Source: Erysipelothrix larvae
GTDB lineage: Bacteria; Bacillota_I; Bacilli_A; Erysipelotrichales; Erysipelotrichaceae
Reading direction: 5' to 3'
DNA length: 32,000 bases
Assembly: GCF_001545095.1 (NCBI RefSeq)
Contig: NZ_CP013213.1
Coordinates: 450,001 to 482,000, forward strand
Part shown: positions 22,596 through 31,238 of the stretch, one piece after another
Numbering within the stretch: the first letter of the stretch is position 1
Layout of the letters: each line of letters starts with the position of its first letter
Position numbers and translations under genes: made by a program
The notes under the pieces: model-generated
The model's database searches: none
What the model was told of the DNA's origin: nothing
The model's input: only the letters and a program-made list of their open reading frames with translations

Positions 22596-25358
22596 ATGAA
22601 TTTTAAAGAATATTTCGAACAAAGAAAACAGCGTAAAGCACGGATTGTCGACGAGGTCAAACGCGCTAAAGCACTCGAAAAGACAAACAAAGAAGCACTT
22701 AATGCATTAAGTAAAGATGAAAAAGCTTCACGTATTAAGCAAGAAAAGATTGCGCGTAAACACGCGAAAAATGCACATAAGCAAGATCTTAAAGCAATGG
22801 AACGCAAAGAAAAGCGTACGCAAAAGAAAGAAGACAAGATTTATAAAAAAGTCTATAATCGCCCGCGTCGTGCACTCAAATGGGGTGTGGTTGTGATCAT
22901 TTTTGCTTTTATAACTGTTCAATATGGACCAACTATTAATAATCTATACCGAGCAGTAACATCAAAGGATGTGAGTGCTAATACCTCAACTCCAGAAGCA
23001 ATTGCAGCACGTTTACATGGTGAAAAAGTGTCCGAAGAAATCGTTGAAGAAGGAATTGTCTTATTGAAAAATGAAGACCATTCATTACCTTTTTCAAGTA
23101 CAGACAAAGTCAATGTTTTTGGAACTGCTGCCCATGAAATTCGCTATGGTGGTGGGGGATCAGGTGCTTCAAATGACACGCATGCCATTGACTTATTTGA
23201 AGCGTTTGACCAAGTAGGTCTCGAATACAACAAAGATCTTGCTGATTTTTATAAAGAAAAATCATCCGGAGGTTCCAGTGGATCAGGGCTCTTTGAGGTA
23301 GTTAAGGGATTACTTGGAAAAACCTCAATTGATGAGCCAACAATTGATCACCTAAGTGATGAAGTCCTCACACAAGCTAAAGCGTACTCAAATAAAGCAG
23401 TCATTGTTATTTCAAGTTCTGGTACAGAAGCAAGTGACTTCTCATTAGACCAATTAAAACTCTCAGATAATAGACGTGCTCTCATTGAAAAAGTAGCTGA
23501 AAACTTCTCTGATGTTACCATCATCATCAATGCAGGAAACGCCATTGAACTGGGGTTCATTGAAGAATATGACACAATAAAATCAGCAGTATGGATTGGA
23601 ACTCCAGGACCTTTTGGAACACGTGCACTTGCAAACATCTTGATGGGAAACATCAATCCTTCAGGACGTCTCACAAGTACCTATGCTTATGATCCATCTT
23701 CCTCACCAGCAAGTGTTAACTTTGGTGATTTCCAATATGATAATACAAAATTTGCATTCATTAACTATGAAGAAGGTATTTATGTAGGGTATCGCTTCTA
23801 TGAAACTTATTATTTAGGAAATGAAGAAGGCTATGCTAAAGCAGTTCAATACCCATTTGGATATGGATTAAGCTATACAAACTTTGATTGGAATATTGTA
23901 TCGACAGACCTTAATAAGGACACAATTACCGTGAATGTCGAAGTTGTAAATACAGGTGATGTTGCAGGGAAAGATGTTGTTCAAGCATATTACAGTGCAC
24001 CATATTATGAAGGTGGCATTGAGAAGTCCGCAATCAACCTTGTAACTTATGGAAAAACACAAACACTCGAACCAGGCGCACGTGAAACCCTTACCTTAAC
24101 CTTTGATGTTCGTGATATGGCTTCATACGATATGAATGATTTAGAAGCATATGTTCTTGAACACGGACTTTATACCATAAAACTTGGCAGAAATGTTCAT
24201 GACATTGCGCAAAGTGTTGAGTACACTGTAGAAGAAACAGTTGTGTACCAAACAGATAAAGACACACAAGTTGCATATGAAAATCGCTTTGAATATGCAA
24301 ATGGAGCCCTTACATATCTTTCGAGAAATGATTGGGAAAATACATTTCCAACCCTGGATAATCTAAATACAACGGCTTCTGATATCTTATTAGAAGCACT
24401 CAGTGCACCACGTGTTGCACCAGAAGGTTCAAAAAATGAAACCTTTGGTGAAGATCATGGGTTAAAGCTCGAAGATCTCAAAGGGCTCGATTATGATGAT
24501 GAAACATGGGATTTATTCCTAAGCCAATTCACAGCCAATGAATTGATCGAACTTGTGACAAATGGTGCATACAAAACTGTAGGAATTGAACGTCTGGGTG
24601 TTCCGCAAACACTTCTTATGGATGGGCCAGCAGGCTTTAGCTACTTCTTTGGATCCCTTGATACTGCAGGATACCCAAGTGAAATCCTTGTTTCCTCAAC
24701 ATGGAATCAGGAACTTGCTTATACGATGGGAGAAGCAATTGGACGAGAAGGTGTTGCGTATGGCATTCAAGGATGGTATGCGCCTGCGATGAACTTACAC
24801 CGTACAGCCCAAGGTGGCCGTAACTTTGAGTACTTCTCAGAAGACCCAATCCTATCTGGATATACATCCGCTAATATGACAAAAGGATCTGAGGATCAAG
24901 GTGTAATTGTATTCATGAAGCACTTTATGATGAATGATCAAGAGACAAATGCACGTTCAGGAATTACAGTTTGGTCAAATGAACAAGCAATTCGTGAGTT
25001 ATACCTAAAACCATTTGAAATTACAGTTAAAGAGGGTGGTGCAACTGGTGCTATGTCAAGCTTCTCTCTTATTGGAACGACATGGGCCGGTGCAAATACA
25101 AACTTACTTCAAGATATATTAAGAGAAGAGTGGGGCTTTGTTGGGATGGTATCCAGTGATGCGGTCTTTGGATTTATGAAAGCCGAAGATGCAATTATCT
25201 CAGGGAATGACTTGATGCTTGATATTCTGACACCAAAACTACAAGAAAGAAGTTTGAAGAAGTCGTTTAAATCAAATCCAGAACTTTATGGAACGGGATT
25301 AAAACAATCGGCACACAATATTTTCTATGCAATCCTACAAACATATATTTTTGATTAA
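22596..25358 (+). CDS. Membrane-anchored GH3 glycosidase with circularly permuted domain order and a Lys/Arg/Glu-rich N-terminal tail
   Basis: RBS gaggaga; the start is 12 nt after the preceding stop. aa 1-95 are highly charged and aa 96-111 form a TM helix (WGVVVIIFAFITVQYG). The GH3 alpha/beta-sandwich domain comes first (IVLLKNEDHSLPF...), then YPFGYGLSYTNF and an Fn3-like domain. The TIM-barrel catalytic domain comes last (LGVPQTLLMDGPAGF, GRNFEYFSEDPIL, KHFMMNDQETNAR, VSSD). Confidence 0.88.
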   Translation: MNFKEYFEQRKQRKARIVDEVKRAKALEKTNKEALNALSKDEKASRIKQEKIARKHAKNAHKQDLKAMERKEKRTQKKEDKIYKKVYNRPRRALKWGVVVIIFAFITVQYGPTINNLYRAVTSKDVSANTSTPEAIAARLHGEKVSEEIVEEGIVLLKNEDHSLPFSSTDKVNVFGTAAHEIRYGGGGSGASNDTHAIDLFEAFDQVGLEYNKDLADFYKEKSSGGSSGSGLFEVVKGLLGKTSIDEPTIDHLSDEVLTQAKAYSNKAVIVISSSGTEASDFSLDQLKLSDNRRALIEKVAENFSDVTIIINAGNAIELGFIEEYDTIKSAVWIGTPGPFGTRALANILMGNINPSGRLTSTYAYDPSSSPASVNFGDFQYDNTKFAFINYEEGIYVGYRFYETYYLGNEEGYAKAVQYPFGYGLSYTNFDWNIVSTDLNKDTITVNVEVVNTGDVAGKDVVQAYYSAPYYEGGIEKSAINLVTYGKTQTLEPGARETLTLTFDVRDMASYDMNDLEAYVLEHGLYTIKLGRNVHDIAQSVEYTVEETVVYQTDKDTQVAYENRFEYANGALTYLSRNDWENTFPTLDNLNTTASDILLEALSAPRVAPEGSKNETFGEDHGLKLEDLKGLDYDDETWDLFLSQFTANELIELVTNGAYKTVGIERLGVPQTLLMDGPAGFSYFFGSLDTAGYPSEILVSSTWNQELAYTMGEAIGREGVAYGIQGWYAPAMNLHRTAQGGRNFEYFSEDPILSGYTSANMTKGSEDQGVIVFMKHFMMNDQETNARSGITVWSNEQAIRELYLKPFEITVKEGGATGAMSSFSLIGTTWAGANTNLLQDILREEWGFVGMVSSDAVFGFMKAEDAIISGNDLMLDILTPKLQERSLKKSFKSNPELYGTGLKQSAHNIFYAILQTYIFD

Positions 25359-25382
25359 TAACGAAGCGGGAGAAGAAATCAA

Positions 25383-26240
25383 ATGAAAGCATATAAGGGG
25401 AATTTTCAAATTTTAAGTGTGATTCTAATTGCACTCATGTTCATCGGATCACTGTGGGATTATCAAATATCTCAAGCAATATTCAATATCGAAAATCCGA
25501 TTGCGGTATTCTTAGCAGCCTATGGTCAGATGCCAGCGTCCTTGATGATGAGCATCGGAGGAACACTATTGATTGTTGGGAGTGAAAAAAAGTTAGGAAT
25601 AGGGACGATACTACAAGTTCTCGTAGGGATTGTATTCAATGCATTTGGGTTATTCATGGCATCACATGAGCCTACAATGTATTATCCAAACGCATCATTT
25701 ATGATGGTTGTAATCATTAACATTGTATTGTTTGTCTGTGTTAATGCACTTATTTTGCGGCTGTTGAATACAGGCGATAAAAAACAACTAAGAAATTATG
25801 GCTGGTTCTTAATCTTCATTGTATTCTTTCAAATCTTATTGATTAATGGAATTAAGGTACTATGGGGAAGACCACGCATGCGCTTAATCGCATCCAATCC
25901 AGATGCAACATTTCAAAATTGGTGGATCATTGGATCAGACTTAAAAGATAAACTCATGCCAACCGGTGTGATTTCTGAGGAGTTCAAGTCATTTCCATCT
26001 GGACACACTGCAAGTGCTGCATGTATTTTTGGATTGTGCATTCTTCCATATCTCAATACGTCACTCACAAAATATAAAAATGGTTTCTTCTGGAGTTGTG
26101 TTGGGATTACATTGGTGATTGCCTTCTCAAGATTGGTGATGGGAGCACACTTCCTAACGGATGTAACCATGGGTTTCACAGTATTTGTGGTTGTATTTAT
26201 AGTTGGACATCAACTGTTTTATAGCGATAAAAAAATCTAA
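25383..26240 (+). CDS. PAP2-family (type 2 phosphatidic acid phosphatase superfamily) integral membrane phosphatase
   Basis: All three PAP2 motifs are present: KVLWGRPRMR (KX6RP), PSGHTA (PSGH) and SRLVMGAHFLTDV (SRX5HX3D). There are multiple TM helices. The start is 24 nt after the GH3 stop, with RBS gggagaag. Confidence 0.85.
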   Translation: MKAYKGNFQILSVILIALMFIGSLWDYQISQAIFNIENPIAVFLAAYGQMPASLMMSIGGTLLIVGSEKKLGIGTILQVLVGIVFNAFGLFMASHEPTMYYPNASFMMVVIINIVLFVCVNALILRLLNTGDKKQLRNYGWFLIFIVFFQILLINGIKVLWGRPRMRLIASNPDATFQNWWIIGSDLKDKLMPTGVISEEFKSFPSGHTASAACIFGLCILPYLNTSLTKYKNGFFWSCVGITLVIAFSRLVMGAHFLTDVTMGFTVFVVVFIVGHQLFYSDKKI

Positions 26241-26323
26241 GCAACTCTTTTAAAAATCATGAGTGTAAATCTACAAAAATTGATTTTATAAGTGATATAA
26301 TAAAAAAGAGGAGTGAAAAGGAA

Positions 26324-26602
26324 ATGCTATTTCACACGAAAGTATTTGAGACACGTGATGAACGCTTATTTCAAGAAATATGTACTAAGTTAGATTCTAA
26401 TAAGGTTCACTATAAAGTGAAGACTGTGGATACAAATAATAATCCGGAAGAAGACTTAGGCGTAAAGTCAACGCTAAGATGGGCAGGAAGTTCAGAACCA
26501 CCACTTCATGAAACACACCCTGTTATCAACAATTACATGATTTTTGTTAAGAAAGAAATAGAGGATTCCGTTTCCAAAATACTGACATCAAAGCGCACCT
26601 AA
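26324..26602 (+). CDS. Small hypothetical protein (92 aa)
   Basis: Good RBS (aagaggag). The ORF is followed directly by a terminator. I could not assign a family. Confidence 0.55.
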   Translation: MLFHTKVFETRDERLFQEICTKLDSNKVHYKVKTVDTNNNPEEDLGVKSTLRWAGSSEPPLHETHPVINNYMIFVKKEIEDSVSKILTSKRT

Positions 26603-26615
26603 GGGTGCGTTTTGC
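26593..26615 (+). terminator. Intrinsic terminator
   Basis: gcgcacc-taag-ggtgcgt followed by tttg. The stop codon lies in the loop. Confidence 0.65.
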
Positions 26616-26678
26616 TATAGATACGCTAGATATTTAAACCGAGTTTGACTATAATGAATAGTGTAAAGGGGTGGTATC

Positions 26679-27812
26679 ATGAATGTTATTCAATATATAA
26701 AAGAGAAAGATACAGCGGTTGATCTTGAAAATCCTGTTGACGCGTTGGTATTATCCATCCTCCCATATTTTCAGTTTGAACTCATCGAAGGGTTTCATAA
26801 AAACATGCCCCTTAAGATTAAAGATCTTGTACTCTTTGATTTTGAACACATCCCAATGACAAGTTATCTAAAACCACATTATAGTTTACTCAAAGAAATG
26901 ATGCAAAATACGCAGTTTGGAAATGTTGAGATCGTGGAATTTGTGAGTGAAACCGATGTTGAATCGGTGTTTCAATATGCTTCAATCCTCTTAAGGGTTA
27001 ATAAATCTGCACTTTTTGTAGCATTTAGAGGGACCATGCCTACTGTGGTAGGATGGAAAGAAGACTTTGTTTTATCCTATTCAGAGGATATTCCATCCCA
27101 TCATATTGCATCAGACTATCTAAACAAAATCGCATCAACTTCAAAACAACCTTTGTATTGTGGGGGCCATTCAAAAGGCGGAAACGTTGCCGTTTATGCC
27201 GCATCGACCCTCAGGCGTAAAGCCCACCTAAAAAAGGTGTATAACTTTGATGGCCCGGGATTTCAACATGAAATCATTCGCAGTAAAGGCTATATTCAAA
27301 TCCTAAAAAAAGTTAAAAAGTATGTTCCTGAATCTTCAGTGATTGGATTACTGCTTGAATCATCGGAAACACAAACCATTATCAAAAGTTCGCAACTGGG
27401 TGTGCTTCAGCACAACCCCTATACCTGGAAAATAAAGAATGGTCATTTTGAAGTTGTAAGTCAACTCAGTGAGAATGCACAATTTCTATCAAAATCCCTT
27501 CAAGATGTTTTGATTGACATTCCTCTTGAACACAGAGAAACTGCCCTTACTCAAGTGTTTGACGCCATGAAGACGTATAAGTTGGATCAAATTGATCAAT
27601 TGCGAGAACTCTTCACCTTTGATAATGTTCGTAAAATATCGCAAGTCTATCAACATGCTGATGATGAATCAGTGCGACTTTTAGCGGATATCATCAAGAC
27701 GACCTTGTCTTCAACCGCGAAGATGAAGGTTAAAGAAACAGTGAATCAAATCTCTAAACGCGTGCTATCGAATGAAGAAGATACCTCAAGTTCAAAAGAC
27801 CCAACACCTTAA
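26679..27812 (+). CDS. DUF2974 / Mbeg1-like alpha/beta-hydrolase (lipase-like) protein
   Basis: Nucleophile elbow GGHSKGGNVAVYAAS, preceded by VAFRGT...GWKEDF, is the signature I associate with the Mbeg1-like family. RBS aaggggtgg. Confidence 0.7.
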   Translation: MNVIQYIKEKDTAVDLENPVDALVLSILPYFQFELIEGFHKNMPLKIKDLVLFDFEHIPMTSYLKPHYSLLKEMMQNTQFGNVEIVEFVSETDVESVFQYASILLRVNKSALFVAFRGTMPTVVGWKEDFVLSYSEDIPSHHIASDYLNKIASTSKQPLYCGGHSKGGNVAVYAASTLRRKAHLKKVYNFDGPGFQHEIIRSKGYIQILKKVKKYVPESSVIGLLLESSETQTIIKSSQLGVLQHNPYTWKIKNGHFEVVSQLSENAQFLSKSLQDVLIDIPLEHRETALTQVFDAMKTYKLDQIDQLRELFTFDNVRKISQVYQHADDESVRLLADIIKTTLSSTAKMKVKETVNQISKRVLSNEEDTSSSKDPTP

Positions 27813-27940
27813 TTTCGTGTTTTGGATGAAGCTACCTTTATTCTTGAACACTTGCTGTGTTAAATGGGTATCTGTTCAGAATAAACTAGTTCTAAAGTCA
27901 AGGATATAATTTAGACAGAAGAGAATATTTTCTATGCCAA

Positions 27941-27997
27941 AAGAGGTACTATCACGAATAAGTGACAGTACCTCTTTGTCTATCCTCTTTTTTTAGG
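27941..27997 (+). terminator. Intrinsic terminator of the DUF2974 gene; its T-tract abuts the IS insertion
   Basis: Stem aagaggtactatcac / gtgacagtacctctt (one mismatch), loop gaataa, then tgtctatcctcttttttt. Confidence 0.6.
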
Positions 27998-28280
27998 ATA
28001 TTAAACTTTACTTGGGGTTTTCACTCGCAACACTATTTCTTGGGGTGAGGTAATCTTGCTCTAGCCTCTGTCTTTAAAGAAGTTTGGGGATTTCTGTTGT
28101 AAACTGATTATCTTAGACCAGCAGAATAAAAAATCACTTTACTTTATGCACAATTAAGTGCTGTATTAAAGTGATTTTTTTTGTATTATTAGTTTAACGA
28201 GGTTAATAAAATGGTAGAAACCCCAAGTTTCCAGACCTAAGTTTCTACCAATCCAATACCTCCTATAAAGGAGTAAGAAT

Positions 28281-28751
28281 ATGATAACAGTTTTCTCAAA
28301 CACATTCAATAATAAACAGTTTTCTCAAAAGGAATATTACAAATTTCTCAATTCAATTAATCCAAAAACAATACCTTGTCCGTGCTGTTCAAAAACAGAT
28401 ACACTGATTCGTTATGGATACTATCCGAAAACCATAATTACTGGGCGATTAACCATTGTCGTAGAAATCGCACGTTTCTTTTGTAATCAATGTAAGAGAA
28501 CTCATGCAATAATACCAAGTAACTTACTTCCCTATTTTCAACTGTCTGTACCCACAATTGAAATAATATTAACCCATGAACTTGATAGCACGCTTTTAAC
28601 TGATATTGATGAATCAACATATATTCGGATAAAAATACGTTTTAACGATTATGAATCGGTGAGACATTTAAGTTATTTGGAACGATTGAATTACTTCATA
28701 TTATCCACAAAACGGAATATCTATCATTCCGCCATTACTTCACCAACATGA
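28281..28751 (+). CDS. Zinc-ribbon accessory protein (DUF6431-like) upstream of the transposase
   Basis: RBS aaaggag. Two Cys pairs (CPCC ... CNQC) followed by HAIIPSNLLPY. This resembles the small Zn-binding proteins often found beside transposases. The family name is from memory only. Confidence 0.55.
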   Translation: MITVFSNTFNNKQFSQKEYYKFLNSINPKTIPCPCCSKTDTLIRYGYYPKTIITGRLTIVVEIARFFCNQCKRTHAIIPSNLLPYFQLSVPTIEIILTHELDSTLLTDIDESTYIRIKIRFNDYESVRHLSYLERLNYFILSTKRNIYHSAITSPT

Positions 28752-28884
28752 GAAAAATAGTTTTAACTCCTCAGATTGAATATAATGAAGATGGTTATTT
28801 AAATAACAGACAATCATTTTTATATTTAGGAGCAAGATACATAATGAAACCTTATCAAAATAGTCAAAGAGAGGCAGGGTTTCT

Positions 28885-30360
28885 ATGAACGCTAATGCCA
28901 CTCTTTTAAGTAACGAAAAAATTCTTGAATTATTTAACTTAGAACACCATCAAGTCCAGAAGATTGATATCAAAGGTCAAAGTGACGCATTGAATGTGTA
29001 CATTACGCTTCAGGTAGAGGAACAAACATGCCCAATTTGTGAAAGCAAAACATCCACAATCAAAGATTATTCTGAAAAGAAGCTTCTCCACTCACTGGTA
29101 ACACATATACCCTGTTACATTCGTTACCGTGCACGACGTTATAAATGCACAACGTGTAATAAATGCTTTTTTGAACACAATCCATTTGCGTATCGAAATA
29201 TGAAGATTACTCAGCTGACCGTATATAATGTCCTGAATGATCTTAAATCGCCACATGAAACGTTTACCACAGTTGCCAATAGATATCGGTTATCTCCCAC
29301 TACAGTATCATCTATTTTCGATTCCCACGTTTCTGTCTCCAGACAAAAACTACCCGCTTATCTGCTTATTGATGAATGTTATGCGTACCACAGTGATCGC
29401 AGTGATTATGTATGCGTTCTTATTGATGCAATGACAAAGAATATCGTAGATATATTACCGTCCCGTAAGAAACAAGACTTAGTCGCGTATTTTAGCCAAA
29501 TCCCCCTTGAAGAACGCAAAGGAGTCTTAGGTATTGGAATCGACATGTGGTATAGCTATAGAGTCGTCGCAAAACAATTCCTTCCAAACGCGTTTATCAG
29601 TGTTGATCGTTTTCATGTTTATAGTGATTTAATGAAACGTATCGACTCTATTAGGGTAGACACTATGAAGAAACTAAAACCTCCTAAGAACTGGAAGCAA
29701 ACAGAAGATAAAGTCAAAAGACAAGAATATTATAAGCGTGACCAGCAATACTATCTGCTTAAAAAGTTCAACTGGTTACTCTATAAAAACCCCAAAGCAA
29801 CAACCACAGTTAAAGATAAGAAATACAATATATTTGATCCAAATGTACCGAAACAACGCAATAAGAAATTGGGAAAGTTTCTAAACCTTTACGACATAAT
29901 AGACCTAATTCTTCAAACGAGCAATGGCCTTGAAGATGCATATAACATGAAGTTCTTACTCGATCAATTCTTCAATGAATCAAAAGCTGAGAATGCACAC
30001 GAGAATCTGAACACACTCATCAGAGTGATGGCTCAGAGTAGAGTTGCATCAATCGTTGATTTTAGCCGAACTTTAGGAAAGTGGAAAAATGAAATTGTCG
30101 CAACTTTCAATAAAGTAGAAAAATGCACAAAGGTCACAAATAAGAAAACAGGAGAAACCCATTATGAAGTTTCCATAACACACATAAACAGTGCGTTGAT
30201 TGAGAATCGAAATCGCATAATCAAGCAAATAAAAAACAATGCAAGTGGCTATCGTAATTGGGAGCGGTTTAGGAATCGTGTGTTGTATGTGCTTAATGAA
30301 GACGCAACATATCGAATTAACCCAATAATTAAAACAACCTATGACAAAGGACTCTCTTAA
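28885..30360 (+). CDS. ISL3-family transposase
   Basis: N-terminal zf-ISL3-type Cys cluster (CPICES...YKCTTCNKCF). DDE domain pattern LLIDECYAY..., GIGIDMWYSY..., VDRFHV..., and C-terminal ...NSALIENRNRIIKQI...GYRNWERFRNRVL. Confidence 0.88.
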   Translation: MNANATLLSNEKILELFNLEHHQVQKIDIKGQSDALNVYITLQVEEQTCPICESKTSTIKDYSEKKLLHSLVTHIPCYIRYRARRYKCTTCNKCFFEHNPFAYRNMKITQLTVYNVLNDLKSPHETFTTVANRYRLSPTTVSSIFDSHVSVSRQKLPAYLLIDECYAYHSDRSDYVCVLIDAMTKNIVDILPSRKKQDLVAYFSQIPLEERKGVLGIGIDMWYSYRVVAKQFLPNAFISVDRFHVYSDLMKRIDSIRVDTMKKLKPPKNWKQTEDKVKRQEYYKRDQQYYLLKKFNWLLYKNPKATTTVKDKKYNIFDPNVPKQRNKKLGKFLNLYDIIDLILQTSNGLEDAYNMKFLLDQFFNESKAENAHENLNTLIRVMAQSRVASIVDFSRTLGKWKNEIVATFNKVEKCTKVTNKKTGETHYEVSITHINSALIENRNRIIKQIKNNASGYRNWERFRNRVLYVLNEDATYRINPIIKTTYDKGLS

Positions 30361-30618
30361 GAAATGACTCATTATTGATATACTATAACAAAAAGAGGGA
30401 AGCTATAGTCATGTGCGACTACGCTTCCCTTTGGTCTTTAACAAACTTGTTTGGGGTAACTTACTCCCCAAGTTATTTTATATCATTTTCTGAATTATCC
30501 CCAAGTTATTTCAGACCGCCTTTTTTTAGGGTCCATTTTAAAGTAGGAATACCTCATTGTAATCTGCGAATGAGTAACAGTTAACTTAAGGATACGAGAC
30601 GTCAAAAAGTCGGGGTTT

Positions 30619-31197
30619 TTACTCAAGTGAACTGAAGTCGTGATTGATGATTTCTTGAAGTTTGAATGTTTGTCCATCATATGCATAGTTTAAGAATGAA
30701 CAATTTTGAATACGGGTGGTGCGTTTTACATCACTTGTATGTTCCCATTTACGATAAAATTGAGCAATTGCTGCACCGTGGGATACGATGAGAATGTTTT
30801 CGCCATCACTCTTATCAACAACCTCTTTGATTGCAAGTGTAATTCGTTTGTTGAAGTCATCTTCATCCTCGCCCCCAAATTGCACAAAGAAATCACGATA
30901 TGGAAGGGGTGGATTTAAGTGTTCCCCTTCAGCCTCCAAATCACCAAAGTTCCATTCTCTTAAGTTTTTGTCGGTTTCGAAGGGAATATTTGTAATGAGT
31001 TTTAAGGTATCAATGGCACGTTCTGATGTTGAACTGAATGCTCGATCAAATACAATTCCAATTTCATCAAGATGTGCTTTCGCAATCTGTGCTTGTTTGA
31101 TTCCAATGTCTGTTAAGGGAGAATCACAAAACCCTTGGATTTTCTTTTGGCGGTTAAATAACGTCTGCCCATGACGTACTAGATATACATTTTTCAT
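30619..31197 (-). CDS. Histidine phosphatase family protein (phosphoglycerate-mutase-like, GpmB-type)
   Basis: LVRHGQTLFN (RHG catalytic motif), SSTSERAIDT and LIVSHGAAI (second His). RBS gaggagg. Confidence 0.85.
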   Translation of the reverse strand: MKNVYLVRHGQTLFNRQKKIQGFCDSPLTDIGIKQAQIAKAHLDEIGIVFDRAFSSTSERAIDTLKLITNIPFETDKNLREWNFGDLEAEGEHLNPPLPYRDFFVQFGGEDEDDFNKRITLAIKEVVDKSDGENILIVSHGAAIAQFYRKWEHTSDVKRTTRIQNCSFLNYAYDGQTFKLQEIINHDFSSLE

Positions 31198-31209
31198 CAG
31201 TGCCTCCTC

Positions 31210-31238
31210 TTGTCAATACGCGGTTTATCGCATATAAT
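31210..31238 (+). promoter_or_regulatory. Candidate sigma-A promoter of the MerR-family gene
   Basis: ttgtca (31210-31215), a 17-nt spacer, then tataat (31233-31238). It overlaps the RBS region of the divergent phosphatase gene. Confidence 0.5.

Larger units (their letters stand above)
27998..30522 (+). mobile_element. ISL3-family insertion sequence carrying an accessory zinc-ribbon ORF (boundaries approximate)
   Basis: Contains an ISL3-type transposase. The identical 11-mer ctttttttagg flanks it at 27987-27997 and 30520-30530. ACTTGGGG-containing ~20-bp motifs sit in inverted orientation at the two ends. See findings for the ambiguity in the left end. Confidence 0.6.

Noticed and set aside
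22580-22837. 85-aa minus-strand ORF rich in S/F/L/C opposite the start of the permuted GH3
   Set aside because: It is the antisense shadow of AAA/AAG/GAA-rich Lys/Glu codons, which give TTT/CTT/TTC on the other strand. It overlaps two sense genes.
30375-30584. 69-aa ORF in the right flank of the IS
   Set aside because: It spans the IS end-motif copies and the insertion junction. It has no RBS and a repetitive PSYF translation produced by the repeated ccccaagttat motif.
30585-30618. Possible terminator for the minus-strand phosphatase gene just downstream of its stop
   Set aside because: I could not find a convincing stem followed by a T-tract on the minus strand. Only a short gacgtc palindrome is present.
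30706-31174. Plus-strand ORFs (30706-30918, 30788-31174) opposite the histidine phosphatase gene
   Set aside because: They lie fully inside a gene with RHG/SHG catalytic motifs on the other strand, and carry no independent signals.
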